Shown: positions 47,771-56,343 of the stretch, one piece after another
Numbering within the stretch: position 1 is the stretch's first letter
How the letters are laid out: each line of letters starts with the position of its first letter
Sequence record: SRR20825019_2850
DNA length: 61,107 nucleotides
Reading direction: 5' to 3' (one strand)
Program-made: the position numbers and the translations under genes
The notes under the pieces: model-generated
The model's input: only the letters and a program-made list of their open reading frames with translations
What the model was told of the DNA's origin: nothing
The model's database searches: none

Positions 47771-49333
47771 TCAGTCTCCGAAGGTCAGGTTGTAAGGGCG
47801 GAAGTCCATGTAGTAGAGCGCGTAGGGCTTCCAATGGACGCTCGACTTCATGGCATAGGTTTCCAGCGGATTGTACAGCATGGTCCCCGGAGCCTCGTCC
47901 ATCCAGATATCAAGTGCCTCGCGATATGCCGCTTTCCGCGCGATCATATCGGTTTCAGACTCGATTTGACGATGCAGCTCGTTGAAGCGTGCCGGCGCCT
48001 TCCAGGCCCGGTCCGGGAACTTCTTGTTGTTCTGCACCGGGCTGAGATTGCCCCACTGCGGGACGAAGGATCCCAGCGGGTCCGGCATGCGGTGGGTGTT
48101 CGACCAAGGACGGATATGCGTGCCTTCCTGACCGGTCACCTGAGAGAAGGTTTCCACCGGCTCGACCTTCACGTTGAGGCCGACATCCTTCCACATCTGC
48201 TGCATCGCCTGGGCAGCTTCAAGGCTGTTCAGGTAGTAGTTCAGCGGCAGGCGATACACGATCTCCTCACCCTTGTAGGACGATGCCTCGACCAGCGCGC
48301 GGGCCTTCTCGGGATTGAACTCGAAGCCCGGATAGTCCGGCATGTACATCACGTAGGACGGCAACTGGTGGCCGTTGGGTGTGTAGTTCTTGTCGTCCCA
48401 AAGTGCCTTGCGCAGCAGATCCCGGTCGATCGCCATGGACAGGGCCTGACGGACGTTCTTGTCCTTCATGAACGGAGCGTCCTGGTAGAAAACCAGCATA
48501 TGGGTGTTATCAAGGACGATCTGCTCGACCTGGATATCATCGTAGCCCGCCAGAACCGGAACCTGGTCCGGCGGCACGTTGACGATGATATCGAACTCAC
48601 CGCTGACCAGACCGGCGATCCGCGCCGAGGTCTCCGGAACCACCCGATAGGTAATCGACTTGGCTGTCGGCTTGCCTCCGAAATAATCGTCATTGGCGTC
48701 CAGCTTGACGTATTCGCCATCGACGAACTCGGCCAGCTTGTAGGGTCCGGTTCCAACCGGCGCACGCTTGAAGGACTCGTTGCCCTTCAGCACGTATTCG
48801 CGCGCATTGACGATCCAGCTGGCGTAGCCGGCCATCCGCTGCTCGAGCATGACATCGGGCACCTTGCTGACCACGCGAACGGTATAGCGGTCGATCTTCT
48901 CGGCATGGCTGATGGTGTCCATGAACCGTTTGCCGGTTGCGACCACCGGTTCTTCACCGATCATCCGCCCCATCGTGAAGGTGAACACCACATCATCGGC
49001 AGTCAATTCGTCGCCATTGTGGAACTTGACGCCCTTGCGCAGCTTGAACTCAATGGTCTTGTCGTCGATCACCGTCCAGCTCTCGGCGAGGCCCGGCACC
49101 AGCTTGGAGCCTCCACCCTGACCGTCGGACAGGAAGTCACGGCGGATCAGCGAGTCAAACATCGAATAGATGAGACGGACATGGATATTCCCCATCCCAT
49201 CTGCTGGCTCGAGCGTATCGGGAATATCGTTGACGGCAACGACGAGATCGGGTCGGTCGTCTGCAATTGCGGTACCTGCCGATAGCCCAAGAGCCATCAG
49301 TCCAGCCGCAGCAAGACGGGTCAAAACTTTCAT
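47771..49333 (-). CDS. Family 5 ABC substrate-binding protein, AccA-like (sugar-phosphate or phosphodiester binding)
   Basis: FDSLIRRDF, NYY, WSN, WKAPARFNEL, VHWKP..MDFR.NLTFG resemble Agrobacterium AccA as recalled; AGGAG RBS. Confidence 0.78.
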   Translation of the reverse strand: MKVLTRLAAAGLMALGLSAGTAIADDRPDLVVAVNDIPDTLEPADGMGNIHVRLIYSMFDSLIRRDFLSDGQGGGSKLVPGLAESWTVIDDKTIEFKLRKGVKFHNGDELTADDVVFTFTMGRMIGEEPVVATGKRFMDTISHAEKIDRYTVRVVSKVPDVMLEQRMAGYASWIVNAREYVLKGNESFKRAPVGTGPYKLAEFVDGEYVKLDANDDYFGGKPTAKSITYRVVPETSARIAGLVSGEFDIIVNVPPDQVPVLAGYDDIQVEQIVLDNTHMLVFYQDAPFMKDKNVRQALSMAIDRDLLRKALWDDKNYTPNGHQLPSYVMYMPDYPGFEFNPEKARALVEASSYKGEEIVYRLPLNYYLNSLEAAQAMQQMWKDVGLNVKVEPVETFSQVTGQEGTHIRPWSNTHRMPDPLGSFVPQWGNLSPVQNNKKFPDRAWKAPARFNELHRQIESETDMIARKAAYREALDIWMDEAPGTMLYNPLETYAMKSSVHWKPYALYYMDFRPYNLTFGD

Positions 49334-49445
49334 GGATCACGCTCCTGTATGACGAGAGGGCGTAAGATCCTTGGTAAGCGTTTAGTATTTATGATCGAAT
49401 AAAGGTGTATTTACTGTGGTGTTGCGTCAAATTCGCTGCGGAAAC

Positions 49446-49463
49446 ATTACAGATTAATGGCGC
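49446..49463 (-). promoter_or_regulatory. Putative Pho box upstream of the ABC operon
   Basis: Minus strand gcgcCAT-taat-CTGTAAT versus consensus CTGTCAT-AWAW-CTGTMAY. Confidence 0.55.
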
Positions 49464-49588
49464 TATTTTTTGGCGCCGTGAAGATTGATGCATGGCGATA
49501 CCCCTGAGCTCGAACCTGGATACCAGCCCGGTGTGAATGCGAAAATCACTCACGGTCTCGGAAGCAAAAGAGTAATGCCGCATTTTGG

Positions 49589-49624
49589 GCGAATGTCCGC
49601 TTTGGGTCGGAAGCAGTCATCCGC
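49589..49624 (+). repeat. Module-boundary repeat R5 (short form, hairpin)
   Basis: gcgaatgtccgctt-tgggtcgg-aagcagtcatccgc; arms 11/14 complementary; shares ccgctttgggtcg exactly with R2 and R3. Confidence 0.75.
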
Positions 49625-49661
49625 AACATTTCCCGTCTCACCGCATTCAATCCCCCCACAT

Positions 49662-49692
49662 AAAAGCGCCGGCCCCATTCGGGACCGGCGCT
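49662..49692 (-). terminator. Rho-independent terminator of the hmu operon
   Basis: agcgccgg..ccggcgct stem followed by TTTT on the minus strand. Confidence 0.7.
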
Positions 49693-49722
49693 CCATGCAT
49701 CTCACATCCGGATCTAAGCTTC

Positions 49723-50037
49723 TCAGAGCTTCTGCACCGTCTCAAAGCCCTCAAACTGCGGGTGGCCCTGATAGAGCGGTTTCCGGTCGGCGTTGCCTGC
49801 GTTGGAGTGAGCCTTGCGGAAATGGTCGGACTTGGTCCAGGCGACGAAGGCGTCGTGGTCCTTCCAGAGCGTGTGCGAGGCGTAGAGCGTGTGGTCTTCG
49901 GCTTCGGGGCCCTTGAGCAGACGGAACTCGACGAAGCCCGGCACCTGATCGAGCTGGGAATCCCGGGTCTTCCAGACAGTCTCGAAATCCTCTTCGGAGC
50001 CCTTGGTGACCTTGAAGCGGTTCATGGCGATGTACAT
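49723..50037 (-). CDS. IsdG/HmuQ-like heme-degrading monooxygenase (ABM fold)
   Basis: MYIAMNRF (Asn), WTKS.HFRKAH (Trp/His); last gene of the hmu operon. Confidence 0.82.
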   Translation of the reverse strand: MYIAMNRFKVTKGSEEDFETVWKTRDSQLDQVPGFVEFRLLKGPEAEDHTLYASHTLWKDHDAFVAWTKSDHFRKAHSNAGNADRKPLYQGHPQFEGFETVQKL

Positions 50038-50073
50038 TCACTCTCTCCTGGTTTTTTTAAACGTATCGGGTTT

Positions 50074-50874
50074 CTAAGCTTCCGGCCCGGCATGTGCGTC
50101 CGGGCCATAGACGGGGAGGATGCGCGGCGTCTGGCCGTCCTCCCGTTCGACGGCAATCTCGGTTTCATAGATGGCACTCAGCCGGTCGGCTGTGAAGACC
50201 TCGGCTCCCGCGCCGTCCGCGATCATGCGCCCGGCATGCATCAGCGCCACCCGGTCGGCGAAGGCGGCGGCGAGGTTGAGGTCGTGCAGCACCACCAGCA
50301 CCCCCGCCCCCTCGCGGGCCGCCCTTCGGGCAATGCGCATGGTGGTGATCTGGTGGGCGATGTCGAGGCTCGATGTCGGCTCATCCAGCATCAGGTAGCC
50401 GGTATCGGCGCTGTCCGAGGCGGCGAGCTGCACCAGAACCCGGGCCAGATGGGCCCGGTGGCGCTGGCCGCCGGACAGGATCTGGCAATTGTCGCCGATC
50501 CGGTCGGCCAGGCCGACGGAGTGCAGTTTCCTGGCGATCAGCGCGTCGGCCCGCTCCGGCGGTACGTCGCGCGGAATGGACAGGGACAGCAGCTCACCAA
50601 CACTGAATCCGGCGGAGAGCGACGGCGATTGCTCAAGCACCGCGCGGCGCCGGGCCAGCTCCGCCGGCGGCAGGCCGGTGATGATGGCGCCTTCGATAAA
50701 AACCTGGCCGCGCTCGGGCTGAAAGTCTCCGGCCATGGCGGCGAGCAACGTCGACTTACCGGCGCCGTTCGGGCCGCACAAAGCGACCATCTCGCCCGGC
50801 CGGACCCGCAGGCTCACATCGCGCAGAACGGTCGTCTTGCCGAAGCTGACGGTAATTCCCTGGGCTTCAAGCAT
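50074..50874 (-). CDS. hmuV: Heme ABC ATPase
   Basis: GPNGAGKST, LSGGQ..R.HLARVLVQL, LDEPTSSLD.AHQ. Confidence 0.9.
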   Translation of the reverse strand: MLEAQGITVSFGKTTVLRDVSLRVRPGEMVALCGPNGAGKSTLLAAMAGDFQPERGQVFIEGAIITGLPPAELARRRAVLEQSPSLSAGFSVGELLSLSIPRDVPPERADALIARKLHSVGLADRIGDNCQILSGGQRHRAHLARVLVQLAASDSADTGYLMLDEPTSSLDIAHQITTMRIARRAAREGAGVLVVLHDLNLAAAFADRVALMHAGRMIADGAGAEVFTADRLSAIYETEIAVEREDGQTPRILPVYGPDAHAGPEA

Positions 50875-51931
50875 TGCCGCCTCCCCTGTTCATGCGGCGC
50901 ATCAGCAGCCAGAGGAAGAACGGACCGCCGATCATGCTGGTGGCGAGCCCGATGGGCGGCTCGGTCGGCGGGACGGCGAGCCGGACCATGAGGTCGGCGC
51001 CGAGAATGAGGGCGCCGCCGATCAGGGCCGCTGCCGGAAGCACATGCCGGTGTGCCGGGCCAACGATCAGCCGGGCCATATGCGGCGCCACCAGCCCGAT
51101 AAAGCCGATCGGCCCCGCCGCCGCCGTGACGGCACCGACCGAGAGCGCGGTCAGCAGCGCAATCCGGCGCTTTTGCCGCTCGATATCGACCCCGGCATGG
51201 AAGGCCGCCCGCTCACCAAGCTGGAACAGGTCGAGGGTTCGTCCCATGCGGAGCAGAAACAGCCCGGAGGCCACCGCCGCCACCGAGGTAACGGCAACCG
51301 ACATCCAGTTGCCCGACGCGATGGAGCCCATCGACCAGAAGGTCAGGTCCCGGAGCTGCTGGTCGTCGCTGATATAGACCATGGCGCCGATCAGGGCGAC
51401 GGCAATGGCGTTCACCGCCACCCCGGCCAGGATCAGCATGGCGACGTTCGTGCCGCCGCTCCGGCTGGCGAAGGTGAAGACGAAGCCTGTGACGAGAATA
51501 CTGCCGACAAAGGCACCGAGCGGCAGGGCATAGGGCCGCACGAAGGCCGGCAGATCGCCGATGAAGAAGTTGCCGAGAACGATGACGGTAACGGCGCCGA
51601 CCGCCGCGCCCGCCGTCACGCCGATCAACCCCGGATCGGCCAGCGGATTGCGCAGCACGCCCTGCAGCGCGCAACCGGACAGCGCCAGCCCCATGCCGAC
51701 GGCAAGGCCGAGCACCATGCGGGGCAGCCGGATCTGCAACAGGATCGCCGTCGGGCCGCGCTCCCCCTCACCGATCAGAACGGAAAACAGATCGGACGGC
51801 CCGAGCCGCACCGGGCCGAGGGCGACTTCGGCAAAAGCCATAAGCACAACCAGCGCGACAAGCGCGCTGAAAAGCGGTCGGCGCCCGAAGACTCCCGCCG
51901 CCCGTCTCTGCTGGGCCGTCGTCACAGCCAC
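50867..51931 (-). CDS. hmuU: Heme ABC permease (FecCD family)
   Basis: IRLPR, RNPLADPGLIG, IGFIGLVAPH. Confidence 0.9.
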   Translation of the reverse strand: MAVTTAQQRRAAGVFGRRPLFSALVALVVLMAFAEVALGPVRLGPSDLFSVLIGEGERGPTAILLQIRLPRMVLGLAVGMGLALSGCALQGVLRNPLADPGLIGVTAGAAVGAVTVIVLGNFFIGDLPAFVRPYALPLGAFVGSILVTGFVFTFASRSGGTNVAMLILAGVAVNAIAVALIGAMVYISDDQQLRDLTFWSMGSIASGNWMSVAVTSVAAVASGLFLLRMGRTLDLFQLGERAAFHAGVDIERQKRRIALLTALSVGAVTAAAGPIGFIGLVAPHMARLIVGPAHRHVLPAAALIGGALILGADLMVRLAVPPTEPPIGLATSMIGGPFFLWLLMRRMNRGGGNA

Positions 51932-51934
51932 CCG

Positions 51935-52783
51935 TCAGCCGTCCTTCTGCTGCAATGCCATCGCCAGCTCCCGGACTGCCTGAGGCAGGCGCGGACCAAA
52001 GCTGAACAGCAGGATACCTTCCATGGCAACATAACGCCGGTTCTCACCGGCCGGCGTGAGCTGGAATTCCGGACGCGAGAGCATGACGTCGATATTGCCC
52101 ATCCGGGTCACCGTCTGGCTCATCATCAGCAGCACATCTGGCGCGGCGGAGATGATTGCTTCCTGGGACATCGGCTTGTAGCCCTCGAAGCCCGAGGCCG
52201 CGTTCACGCCTCCGGCCAGCGCGATGATCGCGTCCGCGGACGTCTCCGTCCCGCCGACAAGCGGCGCTCCGTCAGCCGTATTCAGCACGAAAATAACGCG
52301 CGGGCGCTCCTTGTTTGCATTCGCGATTTCGAGGGAAGTCTTCATTTCGTCCGCGAGCTTGAGCGCGAGCGCTTCTGCCTCTTCCGGCATTTCCAGAACC
52401 TTGCCGACGAAGCGGATCTTCTCCTGCACCCCGGCGACGGAATCGCCTTTCGGGGCGAGTTCAACCCGCAGACCGGCGGCCCGGAGCTGCTCAAGCGCGG
52501 GTGGCGGCCCGGCATCATGCGCGGCAATCAGCAGATCGGGCTGCAGCGAGAGAATGCCCTCGGCCGCCAGTCCCCGGATATAGCCGATCTGTGCTTTTTC
52601 GGACGCGTCAGCCGGGAAATTCGACGTGCTATCGAGCCCGATCACCCGGTCGCCGGCACCAAGCTGATAGATGATCTCGGTGATGTCCCCGCCGGCGGAG
52701 ACGATACGCTGCGGTTCCGCCGCGTGCGCGCCGCCGGATGCGAGCAGAAAAACCGAAAGCAGTATTCCCCTCAGAAACCTCAT
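51935..52783 (-). CDS. hmuT: Heme ABC periplasmic binding protein
   Basis: GGDITEIIY, DSTS, GYIR.L.AEGILSL (Tyr ligand), FGPR. Confidence 0.9.
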   Translation of the reverse strand: MRFLRGILLSVFLLASGGAHAAEPQRIVSAGGDITEIIYQLGAGDRVIGLDSTSNFPADASEKAQIGYIRGLAAEGILSLQPDLLIAAHDAGPPPALEQLRAAGLRVELAPKGDSVAGVQEKIRFVGKVLEMPEEAEALALKLADEMKTSLEIANANKERPRVIFVLNTADGAPLVGGTETSADAIIALAGGVNAASGFEGYKPMSQEAIISAAPDVLLMMSQTVTRMGNIDVMLSRPEFQLTPAGENRRYVAMEGILLFSFGPRLPQAVRELAMALQQKDG

Positions 52784-53847
52784 GCCGCCACTCCCTCGAC
52801 AAAACCATTGATCAGAGAGAGCCAGGCTTCCGGCTCTTCCTCGCCTTCACCCCGGACCGGGAAGAACTGGCAAATCACCGTGCCGTCGGCCGCGAAACAG
52901 TCGAGAGAGGTGATGTTCAGGCCCTTTTCGGTCGAGGTCTTACAGACCGCGTAGCAGGCGTCGATCGCCTCGTCTTTCAGATGCAGGTTAAAGCGCGGGT
53001 CGAGGATATTGAGCCAGCCGCCCGCGCGCTTGATCCGATGGATCGGGCCGGAATGAACCTGGATGCAGCCGGGACCGCGCACGAAGCACATGATCGGCAG
53101 CCCGCTCTCGGCAACATTGTTCAGCATGTTTTCAACGGCACTGGCCGGAACGGGATTGGCAAAATCGCTGCCCGCCAGCCGCAAGGCCTGACGGCGCCCT
53201 ATGCCGAGCTCGGCCAACATACGGGTGAACTGGTGCCCGTTGCCGAGACGGCTCCAGCGGCCCCGCAAGTCCTCGACATCGATCTGATCGTCGGGACGTT
53301 CCGCCTTAACGGCGTCGGGTGCCTCGAATTGCAGAGCCTCTGGCGTCAGGTTCGTGAAGTCGCGCGCCAGTGCGACGAACGCGTCCATGTCGGTGCCGGC
53401 AACCGCATAGATCTTGAAAGCGGCGGCGCCGGTCTTGTCGAAGAATTGCAGGGAATGACGCGTGAGCTTCGGTGATGGGTCGGTGACGTAGAAACCCGTC
53501 TTCCACTGCCCAAGGAACATCCTGAGATCGATTTCCTTGCCGAAGGCCGAGCCCATATGGGTGTTGAACCGCATGTTCTCGAAGGTGCCGGTCTTCTCGT
53601 GCACGCAATGCTCGTTGCGTGTGAGGACCATGACGTCGCCGACCTCGGGCATGCGCTCGATAAGGCCGGCGACGTCCATGCCGGAGACCGACAACCGGCG
53701 GACACTGCCATCGCGCTCTCTCGCCTCCAGAAGGGCTGCTTCGGGAACGCCGAGCTGTTCGGCTGCTGCCCGAGCCCGGACAAATCCCTGCTCTTCCTTC
53801 ATACGATTGAGTTCAACCAGCAGTTCTTCCGCCGATCTGGCCGTCAT
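52780..53847 (-). CDS. hmuS: Hemin-degrading / trafficking protein HemS family
   Basis: TRNEHCVHEK, IDLRMF, SLQFFD, IQVHSG, FNLHL. Confidence 0.9.
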   Translation of the reverse strand: MTARSAEELLVELNRMKEEQGFVRARAAAEQLGVPEAALLEARERDGSVRRLSVSGMDVAGLIERMPEVGDVMVLTRNEHCVHEKTGTFENMRFNTHMGSAFGKEIDLRMFLGQWKTGFYVTDPSPKLTRHSLQFFDKTGAAAFKIYAVAGTDMDAFVALARDFTNLTPEALQFEAPDAVKAERPDDQIDVEDLRGRWSRLGNGHQFTRMLAELGIGRRQALRLAGSDFANPVPASAVENMLNNVAESGLPIMCFVRGPGCIQVHSGPIHRIKRAGGWLNILDPRFNLHLKDEAIDACYAVCKTSTEKGLNITSLDCFAADGTVICQFFPVRGEGEEEPEAWLSLINGFVEGVAA

Positions 53848-53882
53848 TGTCGTCTCCCGTTTTTATGCGCTGGAGTTCAGCC

Positions 53883-55898
53883 TCAGAACTGATGAGCCAG
53901 CGTGATCCGGAACGTACGGCCCATGCCGTTGTCGCCGGACAGATGCTCGCGATAGGTTTTGTCGAGAATGTTTTCGATGCCGAAGCGGAACTCGGAATCC
54001 TGCAGGACGCCTTCGTCCGGCTTCCAGCTGGCAAAGAGATTGTGCACCGTATAGCCGGAGGTCGGCAGCGTGGTACCGGACACCTTGTCCTGGCCCGCCG
54101 CCATGACACCGCGCCAACCGAAATCGACGTTGTATTCCGGCACCCGGCCACCGACGGTCAGGACGAGTTCGTCCGCCGGGATGGAGTTGAGGTCTGTATC
54201 ATCCTCCTTATTCTCGCCCCGGATCGCTGTGTACGCGGCCCGGGTGAAGAAATAGGTGGACTGGTAGGATGCCTCGAACTCGACACCGACAATTTCCGCC
54301 TCGCCTACATTGTAGTAGGTGGATCTGGTATCCGCTCTTTCGATCAGATCCTTGATCTCGTTATGGAAGATCGTCGCTTTCGCGGTGAAGGCGTCATTCG
54401 CAAGAGCGACATCGCGGAACGAAGCTGCGACACCACCTTCAACGTTGAAGGACTTTTCAGGATCGAGATTGAGATTGCCGCTTGTCGCGTCAAAGACCTC
54501 ATCGAGGACCGGCATACGCTCCGTATAGGATGCGGAACCGAAAACACCCCAGTTCGGCGTCAGCTGATAGTGAGCCGCGAGTTTCGGCGAGAAAGCCGTA
54601 TTTTCGACACCCTCGTTTACGCTCAGATTACCCGCCGGAGTGAGCTCGGTGTAATCGACGCGCATCCCCGGAATCAGGGTCAGCTTGTCCCAGAGAACGA
54701 GTTCGTTCTGGACATAGGCGCCGTATTGCGCGCTTTCGCCGCCCGGATGGAACGATATGCTACCGGACGCGTTCGTGCTGGATGTTGGCTGATCCGCTGT
54801 CCGGGTCTGGAACGCGTAACTGACACCGGTGATGAGGTAATTCTCGTAATTGTCACCAGTGAATGCAGCAGTGTTCTCAGCCCGCGCTTGCCATGTCTCA
54901 TAGGCGTAGAACGTGTCCTGGAAAAGCGCGGAAGTGCTAGTATCCTTGAGTGTGGAATTATACTGATCGACTTCGGTATTCGAGTAGGAACCGAAGAGTT
55001 CCAGATCGATCAACGGATTGCCGCTCGGCTGATAATTATAACTCAGCACACCTGTCTGATCTGTAACATCACGATCGATATTGCCGAATTGGACTGATGT
55101 ATTGGTCTGCGCGTAATTGTCGTTCTTGTCCTCGGTCATCCAGTGCTGGTAGGACGCACGGAGCTTGTGCTCCATAGCGGGACCAAACTGATAAGTACCT
55201 TTGAGCAGACCGGACGGTGCCTCGAAATCGGAGCCGGTCACCGCATTGCCGTCTCCATCCTCATATTCACCCGCACGTCGATAGTTAAAGGCGCCGAGCA
55301 GATCGAGGCCTTCAACAGGCCGCGCGGCGGCAATACTGGATGTGAGAAATCCGGACTCATTACTCTGAAACTCGAGCTTCTCGCGAAAACCGAATTTGTC
55401 ATCGCCTTTCAGATAATCAGCCGCGTCCTTGGTGGTCACATCGATGACCCCGCCAAGCGCACCCGCACCATAGAGTGTCGAGGATGCCGGTCCACGCAGC
55501 ACCTCGATGCCCTTGAAGAGCTCAGGATCGGCAAAGAAAGAGCCCATCCGATACTGTTCATGAAATTTGGTCGCACCATCGACCCGGACAATCAGCCGGT
55601 TCTCGTCCGAAGCCCCAAGTGCGCCAATGCCGCGGATATTGAAGCTTTCACCGAGCACGCGCTCCGATCCGATTGCCTTGACGCCAGGCAGATCCGTCAG
55701 CACATCACCGATTGTCGTCGGCTGCGCTGCATCCAGATCTTCCTGGTCCACGACGGACACGGATTGCGGCGTTTCGATGGCCACTTTCTCTTTACCCGCT
55801 GAAATTACGATACGGTCAAGTTGAGTGGCCTCGCCGGCATGAGCGGACGACACCACAGCGGTGGCGATAGTCGCCGCCGCAGCAATAGCTAAACGCAT
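53883..55898 (-). CDS. hmuR: TonB-dependent heme/hemoglobin receptor
   Basis: IEVLRGPASSTLYGAGALGGV, FHEQYR, NLNLDPE, YREHL, C-terminal Phe; heads hmuSTUV. Confidence 0.85.
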   Translation of the reverse strand: MRLAIAAAATIATAVVSSAHAGEATQLDRIVISAGKEKVAIETPQSVSVVDQEDLDAAQPTTIGDVLTDLPGVKAIGSERVLGESFNIRGIGALGASDENRLIVRVDGATKFHEQYRMGSFFADPELFKGIEVLRGPASSTLYGAGALGGVIDVTTKDAADYLKGDDKFGFREKLEFQSNESGFLTSSIAAARPVEGLDLLGAFNYRRAGEYEDGDGNAVTGSDFEAPSGLLKGTYQFGPAMEHKLRASYQHWMTEDKNDNYAQTNTSVQFGNIDRDVTDQTGVLSYNYQPSGNPLIDLELFGSYSNTEVDQYNSTLKDTSTSALFQDTFYAYETWQARAENTAAFTGDNYENYLITGVSYAFQTRTADQPTSSTNASGSISFHPGGESAQYGAYVQNELVLWDKLTLIPGMRVDYTELTPAGNLSVNEGVENTAFSPKLAAHYQLTPNWGVFGSASYTERMPVLDEVFDATSGNLNLDPEKSFNVEGGVAASFRDVALANDAFTAKATIFHNEIKDLIERADTRSTYYNVGEAEIVGVEFEASYQSTYFFTRAAYTAIRGENKEDDTDLNSIPADELVLTVGGRVPEYNVDFGWRGVMAAGQDKVSGTTLPTSGYTVHNLFASWKPDEGVLQDSEFRFGIENILDKTYREHLSGDNGMGRTFRITLAHQF

Positions 55899-55994
55899 TC
55901 CAAAGCCTCTTCGTCAGGTCGCTGCTTAGCTGCCTAGCGAAGGGCTGGGTGGCTATTCTATGTCTGAGCCGGAGAAACCCTCCGGCGGGTTAAC

Positions 55995-56204
55995 TCATTT
56001 CGTGAGGATCAACTTGTTGTTGTTCGTCACACGAAGTCTGTATTCGGAACCGTTGAACAGCAGGAAAACCTCCCGGTCATCCCCCATCAGGTCACTGACG
56101 AGAATGCGGTTCTTTTCATCCGAATGATGTGTTTCAGCGCCGGTCGATGATGCTCTGTCCGGCTCGTCCGAGGGTGTCCCCGCCAACAACTCGGCTCCTC
56201 CCAT
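55995..56204 (-). CDS. hmuP: Hemin uptake protein HemP/HmuP
   Basis: C-terminal YRLRVTNNNKLILTK signature. Confidence 0.88.
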   Translation of the reverse strand: MGGAELLAGTPSDEPDRASSTGAETHHSDEKNRILVSDLMGDDREVFLLFNGSEYRLRVTNNNKLILTK

Positions 56205-56279
56205 AAGAATGTCACGAACGTATAGCGGCCACCGCCAGACGTTATGATGCTGTAATAAACGAAGCTTCCTGCAAATACA

Positions 56280-56298
56280 AATGCAAATCATTCGCATT
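56280..56298. promoter_or_regulatory. Fur (Fur-alpha type) box upstream of hmuP
   Basis: aatgcaaatcattcgcatt, near-perfect 9-1-9 palindrome. Confidence 0.8.
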
Positions 56299-56343
56299 AG
56301 TAAAAACGTATGACGCTCAACCGGTCAGACGGCGCGCCTCTTC

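Noticed and set aside
47768-49285. 505 aa plus-strand ORF; similar cases at 28616-29668, 13238-14374, 53847-55097 and 3212-4336
   Set aside because: Each fully overlaps a well-supported gene on the opposite strand or in another frame.
17880-49624. Boundary repeats interpreted as a CRISPR array or classical integron attC sites
   Set aside because: Spacing is kilobases and irregular, no cas or intI gene is present, and attC core motifs are not evident.
49485-49916. ORF containing MSALGRKQS
   Set aside because: That peptide is just the translation of repeat R5, and the ORF runs antisense into the heme monooxygenase.
49585-52954. Long plus-strand ORFs of 468 aa and 739 aa
   Set aside because: Antisense shadows of hmuTUV and the monooxygenase in high-GC DNA, with no recognisable motifs.
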